From the NCBI GenBank assembly GCA_032718475.1, contig JAUCBJ010003548.1, forward strand, positions 81,828-145,827: a stretch of 64,000 nucleotides of DNA. The letters are read 5' to 3'. Below the pieces are notes generated by a model that worked only from the letters and a program-made list of their open reading frames with translations, ran no database searches and was not told the DNA's origin. Both the position numbers and the translations under genes were made by a program. Shown here in pieces: positions 13,764 to 25,876 of the stretch. Within the stretch, counting starts at the first letter, position 1, and each line of letters begins with the position of its first letter. Source of the DNA: Nemertoderma westbladi. Its lineage: Eukaryota > Animalia > Xenacoelomorpha.

Positions 13764-15761
13764 CAGGGGCGCGTCCAGCTTTTCGTTAAGGGGGGGGGGG
13801 GGGGGGGGGGCAGTGGCATGCAGAGCTAAAGTGGTGCCCGGGGCCAAATCAGGAGGTCCCCCCCCCCCCCACCCAAAAAAAGGGTGGAAAATAACATTCA
13901 ACTAGCGCACCAAACGAACAAGTTTCTAGACATTACTAGGCACTAGAAAAACAATTTGAGCTGGAATTTTTAATGTTTGACATAATAAATTGTTCTAAAA
14001 CTGATACCGGTAGCCTTACAAAACTATTTAAATCAAAATTAATATCCAATGTTCATAAGTATTCTACCCGCTCAGCACCACTAAAAGTTTTTCCATTCCG
14101 CGTGTTCGACTCCAGATATCCAAACAGTCTTTAAAATTTACAGGATATAAATATGGAATGAATTGCCTCTCGAAATTAAAAATGCAAAGACCAAAAATTC
14201 ACTTGTTATTCTGTTAAAAAATAAATATCTGGAATCTCTATTATAATTAACAGTGTGGCGAGCCACGAAGTGAGCGAAGCCTTAGCATATGGGTGCCATT
14301 GGCGAGTTGTCTGTCGTCGGCGTCTGTCGTCGTCGTAAATTTTTGATCGCTAATAACTCGGTTATTCCTTGATGAAATTATACCAAACTTGGTATGTATG
14401 TAGTCCGTCAAAAACGTTTAGAAAGAATCTGAAGTTTAGTCAATAACGAACGAACGTAACGAGGCACAAGAGGAGGACGAGTATTGTGTTGAAGACTTCT
14501 GACTAACAGCAGACAACTCGTTAATGGTGACCATATGCTAAAGCTTTGCTCACTTCGTGCTGCGCGAAGGCCCCACGAACGTGTTCACCATCCATTCCCG
14601 CTACACCAAATTAAGAAATTATTTTCGTTTATTTCTCGTATTTCTCTAACTTCACTGCCAGCTGGCTTTGATGCCACAAGGCCTACTATTTTTAAGCGCA
14701 GCTTTATTTTTTTTTCAAAAAATAAAAGATGCAGCATCTAATGAAACATGACATTCTAGAATATTTTGTTATTTGCAAAGTAAAAAATTTTTAAAAAAAA
14801 GTTGAAGGAAATAAAAAGACAAGTGCGCAAGAAAATCAACAAGATATACATTGAGCGATCCAAGTGTAACAAGAGTCAGGAGTATGCAGAAAATTCAATG
14901 TTACCGGTACAATGATAGAATACCAGTGGCGTCTTCAAATGATAAAATAAATATATTCATGGAGATAATTAAGAAATAAAAGCATCAAATACTGTTTAAA
15001 TGTGTATGGAAATGTTGAATGCAATATCATTGATTTAATAAAAAATAAATAAAAATTAACTTTCCACTTTCTAAAAATGTTGTTCTAGAACAGAATAAAA
15101 TATAACTCTAGATCATATCATAATTAAAAAAAACAATTATGAAATTTTCTAGAACACATTCATTACACTAACACTAAAATGTTTTGGTATAAAATTAAAA
15201 TGGGGGGACTGGCGGAATTCTAGCCGTAATAATGAAGGCGAACAGTGTCATATCCACTCCAATCCTCTGTCAATGGAAAATAGACCTGTACGTACAGCCT
15301 GCCTATTGTATTAGGCCTATTATTAGCCTACTATTGTATTAGGCCTATTATTAGCCTACTATTGTATTAAGCCTACTATATTATTGCCTATTATGTATCT
15401 ACATAGATTCCAACTATAAGGGCACTCACTATATTGGGATAATAAGGAATTCTGTACTGGGACTAATATAAATATTGGTTGGTTTAGAGACAGCGAAATT
15501 GCCCTGACCACATCAGAGCTGGCAATAATGATAAGAGGACGGGTATATCAAGGATGTAAAGGGCGATTCAATATGCCCACAAAGAATGAGTGGACGGGTG
15601 TATCAAGGATGTAAAGGGCGATTGAATATGTCTACTGTACAAAGAATAGTTTCACTGCCTTTAATTTTCTCAATTGGCAGGCGAGCCCATACAGTCAGAC
15701 AGTGAGGGGGTGGCTCGAGCCCACCTAGCCCCCACCCCCCTCCCCCTTGGACGCGCCCCTG
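13764..15761. mobile_element. hAT-like non-autonomous element with nested insertions
   Basis: 14-bp TIR CAGGGGCGCGTCCA / TGGACGCGCCCCTG; 8-bp TSD GAAATTAC at 13756-13763 and 15762-15769. Confidence 0.85.
14254..14584 (+). mobile_element. Short DINE-1/HINE-like element, copy 3
   Basis: TGTGGCGAGCCACGAAGTGAGC...(GTC)n...CCAAACTTGGTA...GCTGCGCGAAGGCCCCACGAACGTGT, with an internal subterminal inverted repeat. Confidence 0.7.
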
Positions 15762-15956
15762 GAAATTACAATTATTCCAAATCTGTAAAAGTCTGAATTT
15801 CGTTTGATATAGCTGAGCTGTGGGTGTTTGAAAGTCCAATGTTATTTTTCCATTGTGCTATGATGCTATTTATTAATAAAACATTAAGACCTTATCTCGT
15901 GTACAGAGTGAATGAATATTACGAGAATGTAAGAGTATAATTATTGGAAGACCTAC

Positions 15957-16076
15957 CACTGCAGTACATCTCATCGTCATAGCTATCGTAACAGTCAAGA
16001 ACTTCGTCGCAGTACCCAGTCACCGGGATACAATCACTCCCAGCATCGTCGCATGCAAAGTAGCCGTCCTCGCAAC
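15957..16076 (-). CDS. Internal exon encoding an LDL-receptor class A (LDLa) repeat
   Basis: The 120-nt phase 1-1 exon ttag|GT TGC GAG...AGT G|gtaggt translates to CEDGYFACDDAGSDCIPVTGYCDEVLDCYDSYDDEMYCS: six Cys, FxC, CI, CD, DCxD and DE, which is the LDLa consensus. It is absent from the supplied ORF track. Confidence 0.85.
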
Positions 16077-18706
16077 CTAATAGGAATCAATTTAGCATTG
16101 ATAAATAATTACAGTTTTATTTAATAAATCAAACAAGCTAATGAAGTAAAGAAACCTTAACGGTAGGTAGGTGCAGTAATACCTCAAACTAAAAAGCATT
16201 CGTGACCTAGAAGTTGCATGCAATATGTTGACAGCAGTCCGCTAATCCGTACGTCTCGCCCACATACGTGGCTCCCTCTAATGGCCGAGCGATAAAACGA
16301 CAGTGGAATTAAGGAATGGACATCCATCTAACCCCTAAGCTTGTCATTATTCTGCTCGCGTGTGTCTATGTGTATGCGATATACTTAAAGCTTTGCAGAA
16401 CAGGCTGCACTGGGTTCATTGCGATTTGAAATTACTTTGAAATGCTAAACAACTCACGCCGGTAGTTCAACTTCTATTGGGCTCGCCGTAGTGTGCCATG
16501 GTGTGGTTGTGCACATGCTTGCTGGTGAAAAGGAATGCGTTGTTATGTAATGCTTGCCTTCTCAGGGCAGCGAATGAACCCAAATGGTAATAGACTGACA
16601 ACAAACATCATTTACTCATTCAGATTGATTAAATCATCTCGACCGGGTAATTATTAGTTTCATGTGCTACATGAGAGCAAACTTAGTTCTATTTGCATAT
16701 GTTTAAACGCTTTCCTGTGGGTAACCACCTCACTTTGGCCACTAGCATTAACATAAATGCATAATGCGTCCAACGCCCCCGGTCGGATCAATAATAACCC
16801 ACAAATGTGCCAAGTTGCAAATTAACCCGATTTCTAAGAGGTTTATGGGGCAAGTCAGAACTGCAAGCCATCAGCAAACGGTTATAATTAGAATATTCTG
16901 TGTTTGTTTGTGTCTGTGTCGGGAGCCATAATGTGCGAGTGAATCCAATAATCTAGTATAATGAGAACTTACAGTTCTGAGCATAGAGGCCCTAGATATC
17001 TACGTTTAGTATGTTGGGGTATCAGCGCAGAAAATTAATGTAAAAAAAAGAAAAAAACAAAAAGAAATAATATATACAAGCAATCAAGAATAAGAGACAC
17101 TTGACACTTACTACAGCAACATATATATGATTGTCTCACCCACTAAACTGCCCAAAATAGTCAACGAAACAGTAAGAAATAACACTAATATAATATAATT
17201 ATATTATAAAGAATAAACCATATTAAAACAATATCAACAAGCAACATAGATTCGTTATATTCTACTTTATTTTTGTGAATTATTTTTTATCTTCATCCTG
17301 GGTAGGGTATTTCTCTTATCACAGTTGAAAAGTGTTCAACTTAGAAGGCTACATAATAGAAATGTTACTTAAATTTAGCTGTTTTATTTAATTTTATTAT
17401 AAACACTATCAGAGTAGGTGTGTGCAAATAATATCACAAAACTATCTCCGTACAAGAGCAATATAACAAAACTATATAATATAACAAAACTATCTCTGTA
17501 CAAGAGCAATATAACAAAACTATATAATATCACAAAACTATCTCTGTACAATGCAACTAAGATAACAATTTGCAAGAGCTGGTCTAATAGAACGTTCTTA
17601 CGTACCCTACCGATGAAAACAATTATTAGTATTATTATACCTGTAACTATTATTGTTAATCTAACATTATTTTAACCTTCATACTAATGCTATATATAAA
17701 TCATATGCTATAGTTGTTATTTGAAATTCAAAGTAGCCAGCCTATGAAATATTGTATTGATTATGACAACTGGTTATAGATTTCAAATACCGAGGGATGG
17801 CCTAGGCCAACCATAGACTATAGAGTTTCCTCAATGGTTAAGACAATAGAAGATACCGTAGGCTACCTATTCTGTCATCTAAGTTGGTTACTAGGTTACG
17901 GGTTCTAGAAGTTATCAATAAATCATATTCCGTTAATGTTCATAGGAGTTATTAGTTAGTTACTAGTTATTAGGACTACTGGATGGTTTTCTAACAGATC
18001 AATTTAATTAATATAGCCAACAAAAATTTAGTACACTATTTCATATTTGTACTTTACAAATTCATTCCTAAAATATCGGCATCGGGACGGGATTATATTT
18101 TCGCCGGGATCCAGTTTGAACACTGAACCTAAAATTTAATCATACGGTACCGGTATCGCGTGTGAAAAAAAAGAAAAAAGAACAGACAGAAGAGAAATAA
18201 TCGAGAGAGATTGTACAATAGTTAGTTCTGTAGTTACTGCTACCAATAGGCAAGGCAGTTCAACGTAGAATGAAGCAATCAAATATGATCCACTCACCAG
18301 AACATATTGATGCAAAAAATATAACTCCAATTAGCTTTAAATTAAGAGATACAAGCATTTTTCATTGGATACTGATATAACAATAAATATGAAGCAATTA
18401 AGTTTGGTGAATATACATGAATAATAATCAGAAGCCAGTATCATATATGTTGCGATAAATTTAAATAAGAAACATCCCCATCACCACAGTCTGGATATGA
18501 TGATTCAACAGTTGAACGCAGCAACGACGTATTTCTACAATTTCAAACTACTATCGTATCATAATAATAAACAATATCAGAATTTAAACTCATCCGTTTA
18601 GTTTGGCTTACTGAGGCTTTATCTATAAGCAGGTTTAAGCCCATTCAGGGAGTTAGGCCTAACCAACAATAATAACGTAAATATGAAATCTCAGAATACC
18701 GTATTA

Positions 18707-19270
18707 CCGGTGTAGCAGAAAATTTCCACCCCCCTAAAAATATATATTTTCACCCCCGCTTAGAATTAACTAGGGTATTTTAACCGGGGGTGAAACTACC
18801 CTGGGTGATTTTGTAGTGAAATTTAACCCCCCTCAGCAGTGTGTCCTCCATGATATTTTAAATTTCAATTCAATAGAGTTTAAATTCGATATAAGCCTAT
18901 TAAACGAACAGACGACCACATATACCTCTAGTCTAGTACACAGTACTGTAGACAGGTAGAAGATACAAATAAAATACACCGGGAGTAAGAATACGGAAAG
19001 TAAGTAAGAAATAAGTAAGTAAGTAAGAATATGGAAATTTAACCGGTGATGGATTTGCACAGAGTGAAAATTGATAAATGCAGGGGATATTTTCACCGGA
19101 CTGGCTGACTGGAGGGCGTGGAACAGCAGAGGGGTTTTTAAACACACTATGGAAAATTCACCCCGGGCGCGGGCAGTGTGGGCACCGGGAGTGAGAATAT
19201 ACTTGGGCAGTAGGGAACTTTAGCCGGGGAGTGATTTTGCATGGGGAGTTAAAATTATCTGTTACACCGG
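18707..19270. mobile_element. TA-flanked MITE
   Basis: TIR CCGGTGTA(G/A)CAGA at both ends, TA on both flanks, and internal GGGG-AAA motif repeats. Confidence 0.65.
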
Positions 19271-20651
19271 TAGGCCTACTACAGTACTAAATTACTCCAT
19301 TAGCTGTTAGCCAGGCACCAGGCAGCCAGCGAGCCAGGCGTCCCGCGTAGGTAGGCAGTAGGCGTATGGTAACGCGCGACGCCTGGAGGGTGACAGAGAC
19401 AGGCCAGCAGAGCAGACTGAATGTAATGCGCGGATCGAAGTCACCGGAAACATTGGTTTTTTAAATCAAACGTAAAACTATAATCTTCCAGCAGAGGCCT
19501 CTACGCTACCGTTACACTTCTTACTGCCTACAGGCAGACAGGACAGGCCGATCGCTGTATCGGCCTAATTTCTAATATAATGACTAACACCTAATTTCAG
19601 AAATTCCGCTAAATTCCTTCATCCTTAGATTAGCAGATTAGGACTTGGGCAGTACTGCAGTAGGGTTAGCGTTTAGCTCTGTAGCTGTCAGGCTGTAGTT
19701 GGTTAGACACTGTTAGAGTTAAGATCAGCATAGTATAGATCAACCATAGCCCAACAAATTCACTGTACAAACTCATAAATTAGGCCTACCAGGACCAGCT
19801 GACAGCCTACCGCTGTACTGTACCGCACCTGCTGACCTGTAATAAAAATGTAGTATTTTGTAAATCCGTATTGCTGCCTGGTGCCTGCTGCATTGCTGTA
19901 TTGCATTTGTAATTTGTAGGTACGGGTAGGCCTACCTCTGTACCTGGCTGCCTGGTACCTGGTACCGAAACGTGACTGTAATCCAGTAATCAGGCTGTCA
20001 GGTTATTACACAATATGGCAATAGACCTTAGATTAGCCCATAGCCTACTCCCTGACTCCCCTGGTGCCTGGGCCTACTGGATTATATCACTCTTTTTCTA
20101 TCTGGCTAGGCCCATCAGCATCACACTCAGGCCTAGGCCTGTACAGCTGATTATACCCGGCTGCATCAGTACTGCAGTACAATACTGTGTACTGCTGTAC
20201 TGGCGCTACCGTCTACCAGTTAGTACCTGTACTTAAGGTAGTCCTCCTTACATGGTGTGATAGAAACTTGGCGGTCAGACAGTCAGGTGATAAAGTAAAA
20301 TAAATGTGGAATGTGGCCATCAATAAAATGCATGTGTGGTCTGAGTTCTGAGGTATGCGTGCAGAGTATAAAGATTGCGAATAAAAATAGCGTGTGTTGA
20401 GAAAAATAATAATAATATCGCGAGTTCAAAAATTTCGATAATTTCCCGAATTCAAAAAATATCGTAATTAAAAATATAGCGAGTAAAAATATCGAGAGTA
20501 AAAATAACGCGAGTTAAACAATATCGCGAGTAAAAATGTCGAGAGTAAAACTATCGCAAGTCTCGATATTTTTCACCAATTCCAATTTTATCAGATGAAA
20601 AATGTGCATTGTTTTGAGTATATTATGTTGAAAAATATGCAAGAGAAACTG

Positions 20652-23165
20652 GGGTGTTTGAAAAAGGTGGACTGGACACAGAAAACATGGACAATGGACA
20701 GACCAATCACGGGCGATTTGCGTCACACAGCATGTCCACCCTTTTCAGCTTTGTTGTCTAATTTGTAGTCTGTTTCAAACTTGAAAAAGGTGGACTGGGT
20801 TGATAAAAAAAAACAGGCAATGAATTACCAATCAGATCGATTTGCACATTATATAGCAGCTCGCTGTCCATGTTTTTCAAAAATTTTTAGAATGTTTTTA
20901 TGGATTATTGTTATTATTATCCCATACTTACTGTGACCAACCGAAGTTGTCCAAGTAGTTAAATAATATGGGGCGAGCCACGAAGTCTGTGAACAAGCCT
21001 TAGCATGAATATTGGAACATTAATATTCTAACGCAATACAGTATATAGTTAATTATAATATCTATCTAATGTACTGTGCGGAAAATATAATATGCTTTAT
21101 TTACCGTTCATCCCGAGATCTGTTATTAAACGACCCAGCTCAGCATGGGAGGTAAATACAGTAAGTCAGATCGAGGCGCGAAAAGGTAAATAATGTATAT
21201 TATTGTTATATTTACATTATTTACCGCTCAGTCAATATCATTTACAAGAGTCATTTACAGCGGTAAATAATATTTGCATTATTTTCCTAGGTAAATGGGA
21301 ATTATTGCTCTTCAATCAGTCAACTTTGTACTGTAATAAATAATATTCTGGGGCATTTAATTTATGTAATGAGTAGCTACGGCTAGTAAAATAATCAAGT
21401 ACGGTACTTAATTAATAATCTTCAAATAAATAATATGTTCCAGAATATTGTGTATTTATTAAATATAATAAATGGCCTCCCTGCAGGCTGGTTGTATCGG
21501 ATGTAAAGTTCTACACTATTTGAACGTCCATATCTCAGATATTTCTAAATGATATTAATACAGTAGTTATTTACAAATTTTGAAACCTTACTACGACAAC
21601 TTTCCATTGGTATCAACAAATCACAAGAAGGAGGAAGAATGACTGCGGTGCGACTGGTGCAATGTGTAATTACTTACTACACAATAATATATTTTAATAT
21701 AATAATAATGATTACTAATAATAAATAATATAATAATGATTACATATTGTACGATAAATAAAACACGTTATTTACCTTGTCGCCCCTTGATCTGACTTAT
21801 TTACCACCCACGCTGCGCTCGGTCGGCAAATAACAGATCTTGGGACCAACGGTAAATAAAGGATATTTTATTTAATGTACAATAAATAGTTAGAATTTAT
21901 TGTACAATAGGTAGGTCCCTTATGTAGTTTATTGTTAAAAAGCATGCTTATTGTTATTATAATTACTGTATTAAAAGAAATTGTTTAATACATAATTTTT
22001 TCGATATTGCACCGCTGTCGCACCGCAGTTATTCTTCGTGCTTATAGTGGTTCGTAGCAATAGAAAGCTGTCGTTGAAACGATTCTAAATATGTAAATAA
22101 CTACAGTATTAGTTTCGATGAGAAATAGCTGAGATATAGGCGTTCAAAAATTGCAGGTACAGTATTTGCTTCCGCTGCAACCTGCAGGCCATTTATTCTA
22201 CTGTATTTCATATTACTGTACTGTACTGGACCGGTACATACAATTTTTAGTCATTATTATTTATTTATTTGTTTGACGAGTATTAATAGTTTGATGTCAT
22301 TTTATTATTGCGTAGCTACTCCATTAAATAAACAAAATATTTCAGAATTTTATTTATTACAGTAAAACAACTGTACAGTTGAATAATTGAAGACCATGAC
22401 TTTCTTGAGAAGCCTCTTAAAATAAACTGGCCTTGAAGTTGCGGATAATCTCGCAAAAGGGTGATAGGGAGTCGTGGCCGCGCAATTTTGTCGACAGTCT
22501 GGTGTTACAGGCGAAATGCCCCTTCGCCGGAATGCCCCCCCCCCCCCCCTCCGGGCATTTTTGCCTAGTGCCATATGCCCCCCACCCCCCTGAGCATTTT
22601 CACCCCAGATTTCGTGAGTGGTGGTAAAAAAACCCTATTACAAAGTCAAATGGCGGCCCAAAACCCTAATTAAAACTGTCATGTAACCCTAACCCTAAAT
22701 ATTTTGGATCCAAAATTCCATAAAATTTCTTAGATTAGAGCTTCATGACTTAGGGTTAGGGTTACATGACAGTTTTAATTAGGGGTGGGGCCTGACCAAC
22801 TAACCCTAACCACAAAAATAACCCAATAAATCCAAGTTGAAGTGCTGGCTAGGCCTACTGCAGTATTATGAAAGCAAGTATTATGTTACAGTGAAAAGGT
22901 GGACAGTCCAATCACTACGAAATAACATTGCTTTAATACGTTTCTGATTGGTCAGACTATTATCTCTGTTTTACGTTTTGCATTATGTGCCTCTGCCCAG
23001 TTCTTATTTTTCAAACACACATCTTATTCCCAATTATGTAATTAAGAAAGCGAAAACTTTAAAAGTCAGACCGAAATCGCTACAAACTGCTTTGCCTAAT
23101 ACGTTTGTGATTGGTCTGTCCATTGTCCATGCTTTCTGTGTCCAGTCCACCTTTTTCAAACATCC
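20652..23165. mobile_element. MULE-like TIR element enclosing further inverted-repeat elements
   Basis: ~60-bp TIR GG(G/A)TGTTTGAAAAAGGTGGACTGGACACAGAAA...GACCAATCAC; AGAGAAACTG direct repeat at 20642-20651 and 23166-23175. Confidence 0.7.
22664..22784. repeat. Perfect 35-bp inverted repeat containing (TTAGGG)2
   Basis: CCCTAATTAAAACTGTCATGTAACCCTAACCCTAA at 22664-22698 and its reverse complement at 22750-22784. Confidence 0.85.
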
Positions 23166-23492
23166 AGAGAAACTGGGGCAATAATTAGCTCATTAAAAAA
23201 TTATTACAATAGGCAAAATGGCTTGCATATTTTACACTGCTGTTGCATATTTTACACCTCTCACATTTGCACATTTTGCACTTGCACACAACATCTAGCT
23301 TTAGTAAGGACCTTTAACACTTTAGGATATTGGCCTTCAGAAGCGGATATTCTCGCCCTCCTCAGTCGTGGGTGAGTGTGGGATGCTGTGGCGGCGCATT
23401 TTTGTTAATAAAGCCGAAATAACAATCTTAGCGCTGCAATAAGCTGATAAGGCAGCAATAGACTGACTACTGTAGTTCAGTAGGCGCAGTAA

Positions 23493-23571
23493 TGTGGGGC
23501 GAGCCACGAAGTTGGCGGAGCCTTAGCGAATTGACACTGTTAGGGGGTGGGTCAATTTATGCAAATAGTTG

Positions 23572-23603
<32 letters not shown>

Positions 23604-24761
23604 GTCGTCGTCGTCGTCGTTGTCGTCGTCGTTACGATTTTGACATGCTAATAACTTTGTCGGATTTAAAGCTGCCAAGTTGAAAATTTGTAGGTATCAA
23701 TATGAGCAAAAGTTGAGATTTTTGAGAGACTATCAGACACCATCAGTGCAATGGTCTCCCGCTAGAGGGCCACATGTCTAAACATTAAATGGCCACCCAT
23801 TTCTTTGCTTTTAATCCGTTTAAGCTGAAACTTGGGAAGTATGTACTAGACCATTAGCTGTAAATTTCAAAGGAGGCTAATCTGTCTGCAGTTCTCCAGT
23901 CTGCCGCTAGAGGGCGAAATGTCCCGAATGTGAAATTATTCTTCCATTTAGTTGTTTATGATCTGATTACGCTGAAACTTGTCATATATGTACTAGATGA
24001 CATCCTGAGTCTTTGTGTGGATTGTAATCGGTCCGAAGTTTTCCAGTCTCCCGCTAGAGGGCCACATGTCTAAACATTAAATGGCCACCCATTTCTTTGC
24101 TTTTAATCCGTTTAAGCTGAAACTTGGGAAGTATGTACTAGACCATTAGCTGTAAATTTCAAAGGAGGCTAATCTGTCTGCAGTTCTCCAGTCTGCCGCT
24201 AGAGGGCGAAATGTCCCGAATGTGAAATTATTCTTCCATTTAGTTGTTTATGATCTGATTACGCTGAAACTTGTCATATATGTACTAGAAGACATCCTAA
24301 GTCTTTGTGTGGACAGTAATCGGTCCGGAGTTTTCGAGTCTGCCGCTAGAGGGCGAAATGTAGGAAGTGATAACCTTCGCGAATTCCTTGATCTTAATCT
24401 ATTTAAGCTGAATTTTGGAATATACAGTACCGGTATGTACTAGACCACATGCCTCGTCTTTGTGAGGAAGGTGATCGATCCGTAGTTCTTTAATATGCCG
24501 CTAGAGGGCTAAATGTATGAAAGTGAAAACCTTCCAACATTTCGTTATTTATGATCCGTCAATCGGAAACTTGGTAGATATGTAATAGACCATAGGCTGT
24601 GGCTTTGTAGGGAAACTAATCCTTCCTTCTTCAGTTACCCAGTCTCCCGCTAGAGGGTTAACGTTTTCCGGGAAAATCTGCTCCTATGTTTTTATAATCC
24701 TTTCGAGTTGATACTTAGCATTAACTCATTTCACGTGCTGCGCGAAGGCCCCACTTCGTGT
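23493..24761 (+). mobile_element. DINE-1/HINE-like element, copy 4, with (GTC)n microsatellite and internal ~146-bp tandem repeats
   Basis: Same termini as the other copies; (GTC)n at 23570-23631; a 292-bp duplication (23755/24047) made of ~146-bp subunits. Confidence 0.75.
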
Positions 24762-25876
24762 AGTATAGTAGAGTAGTACAGTAGTGCACTAGGTTGGGTG
24801 GGCGCGGGTAGGGGTGTACGGGTTGGGTGGGCGCGGGTAGGAATGTTTACGGGTGGGTTGTAGGTACGGGTTGGTTGGGTAGGGGTGTCCTGGTGAGGTG
24901 TAGGAATGGGTGGGTGCAGGTTGGTGTATGTGGGGTGAGGTGGGTAGGTGTGCACGGGTGGGGTGGGTTAGTACGGGTTAGTCTACAACAACAATCACAA
25001 CCTCAAAGGGCAGCTATAAGTAGATACAGTAGAATGACCGGAAATTACAGAGTGTCTCAGTGCTATTTACAGTATATACCCATATTTTGATTAAAAGGTT
25101 TAATTAAAAAAACTTAATAATTAAAAATAAAACGCTATAAAATGATGAATTGTGAATGAATAATTCACCACCAATAATGATGTAAATATATGTAGTTACA
25201 GTATTATAAAAGTGATTTTACACAATACATTAACGGGTCACCACAAGTGTAGATGTGTAGGCCTATTATAAAATATACATACATGTAAGAACGATCGATA
25301 AACGAAAACGTTGGAATAATTTATTTCTAACTTAGCCTACAGGAAGAACAGTTCTAAATTAAACTAAGTAAATAAATGGTTAGGTAGCGCCTGTAGCGCT
25401 ATATTATTCAATTTCAAATTATTGAATAATTAATAGAGTAGAGCTTAATAGAGTAGAGAAACCATAATAGAGTAGAGTAGGCTACGTCTGTCTAAAGTGT
25501 AAAGCCAATAACTCCAGTATTGTAAATAAAGGAAAAATAATCTAAATATGTCCCACAGTATAACAATTGATAAATAGTGTACACCAAATGCACATGTACA
25601 GTACTAAGTATTGTATAGTGTTTAGTACTGTATATAATGTGATTGCAAGTCGTGCCCCTTTAGTTTGTTAATATTCTGGGGTTGTTGAATTGCGGCAATT
25701 ATAATGCGACAATAACTTATTACTTTTTAAATTAAACTTAAAAATAATTTTTTTTGATAACCTTGCTAGTGCCAAAAATAGCAAACGCCATCTTGTGGTT
25801 TGCAAAGGAATTGGATGGAGGTACAATGTGGGAAACCAAATAATTTTATACCGTATTAAATTGGCAAACTTCTTAT

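Noticed and set aside
22684-22764. Interstitial telomere or chromosome fusion site
   Set aside because: Only two TTAGGG units per arm, embedded in a small inverted repeat within nested TEs.
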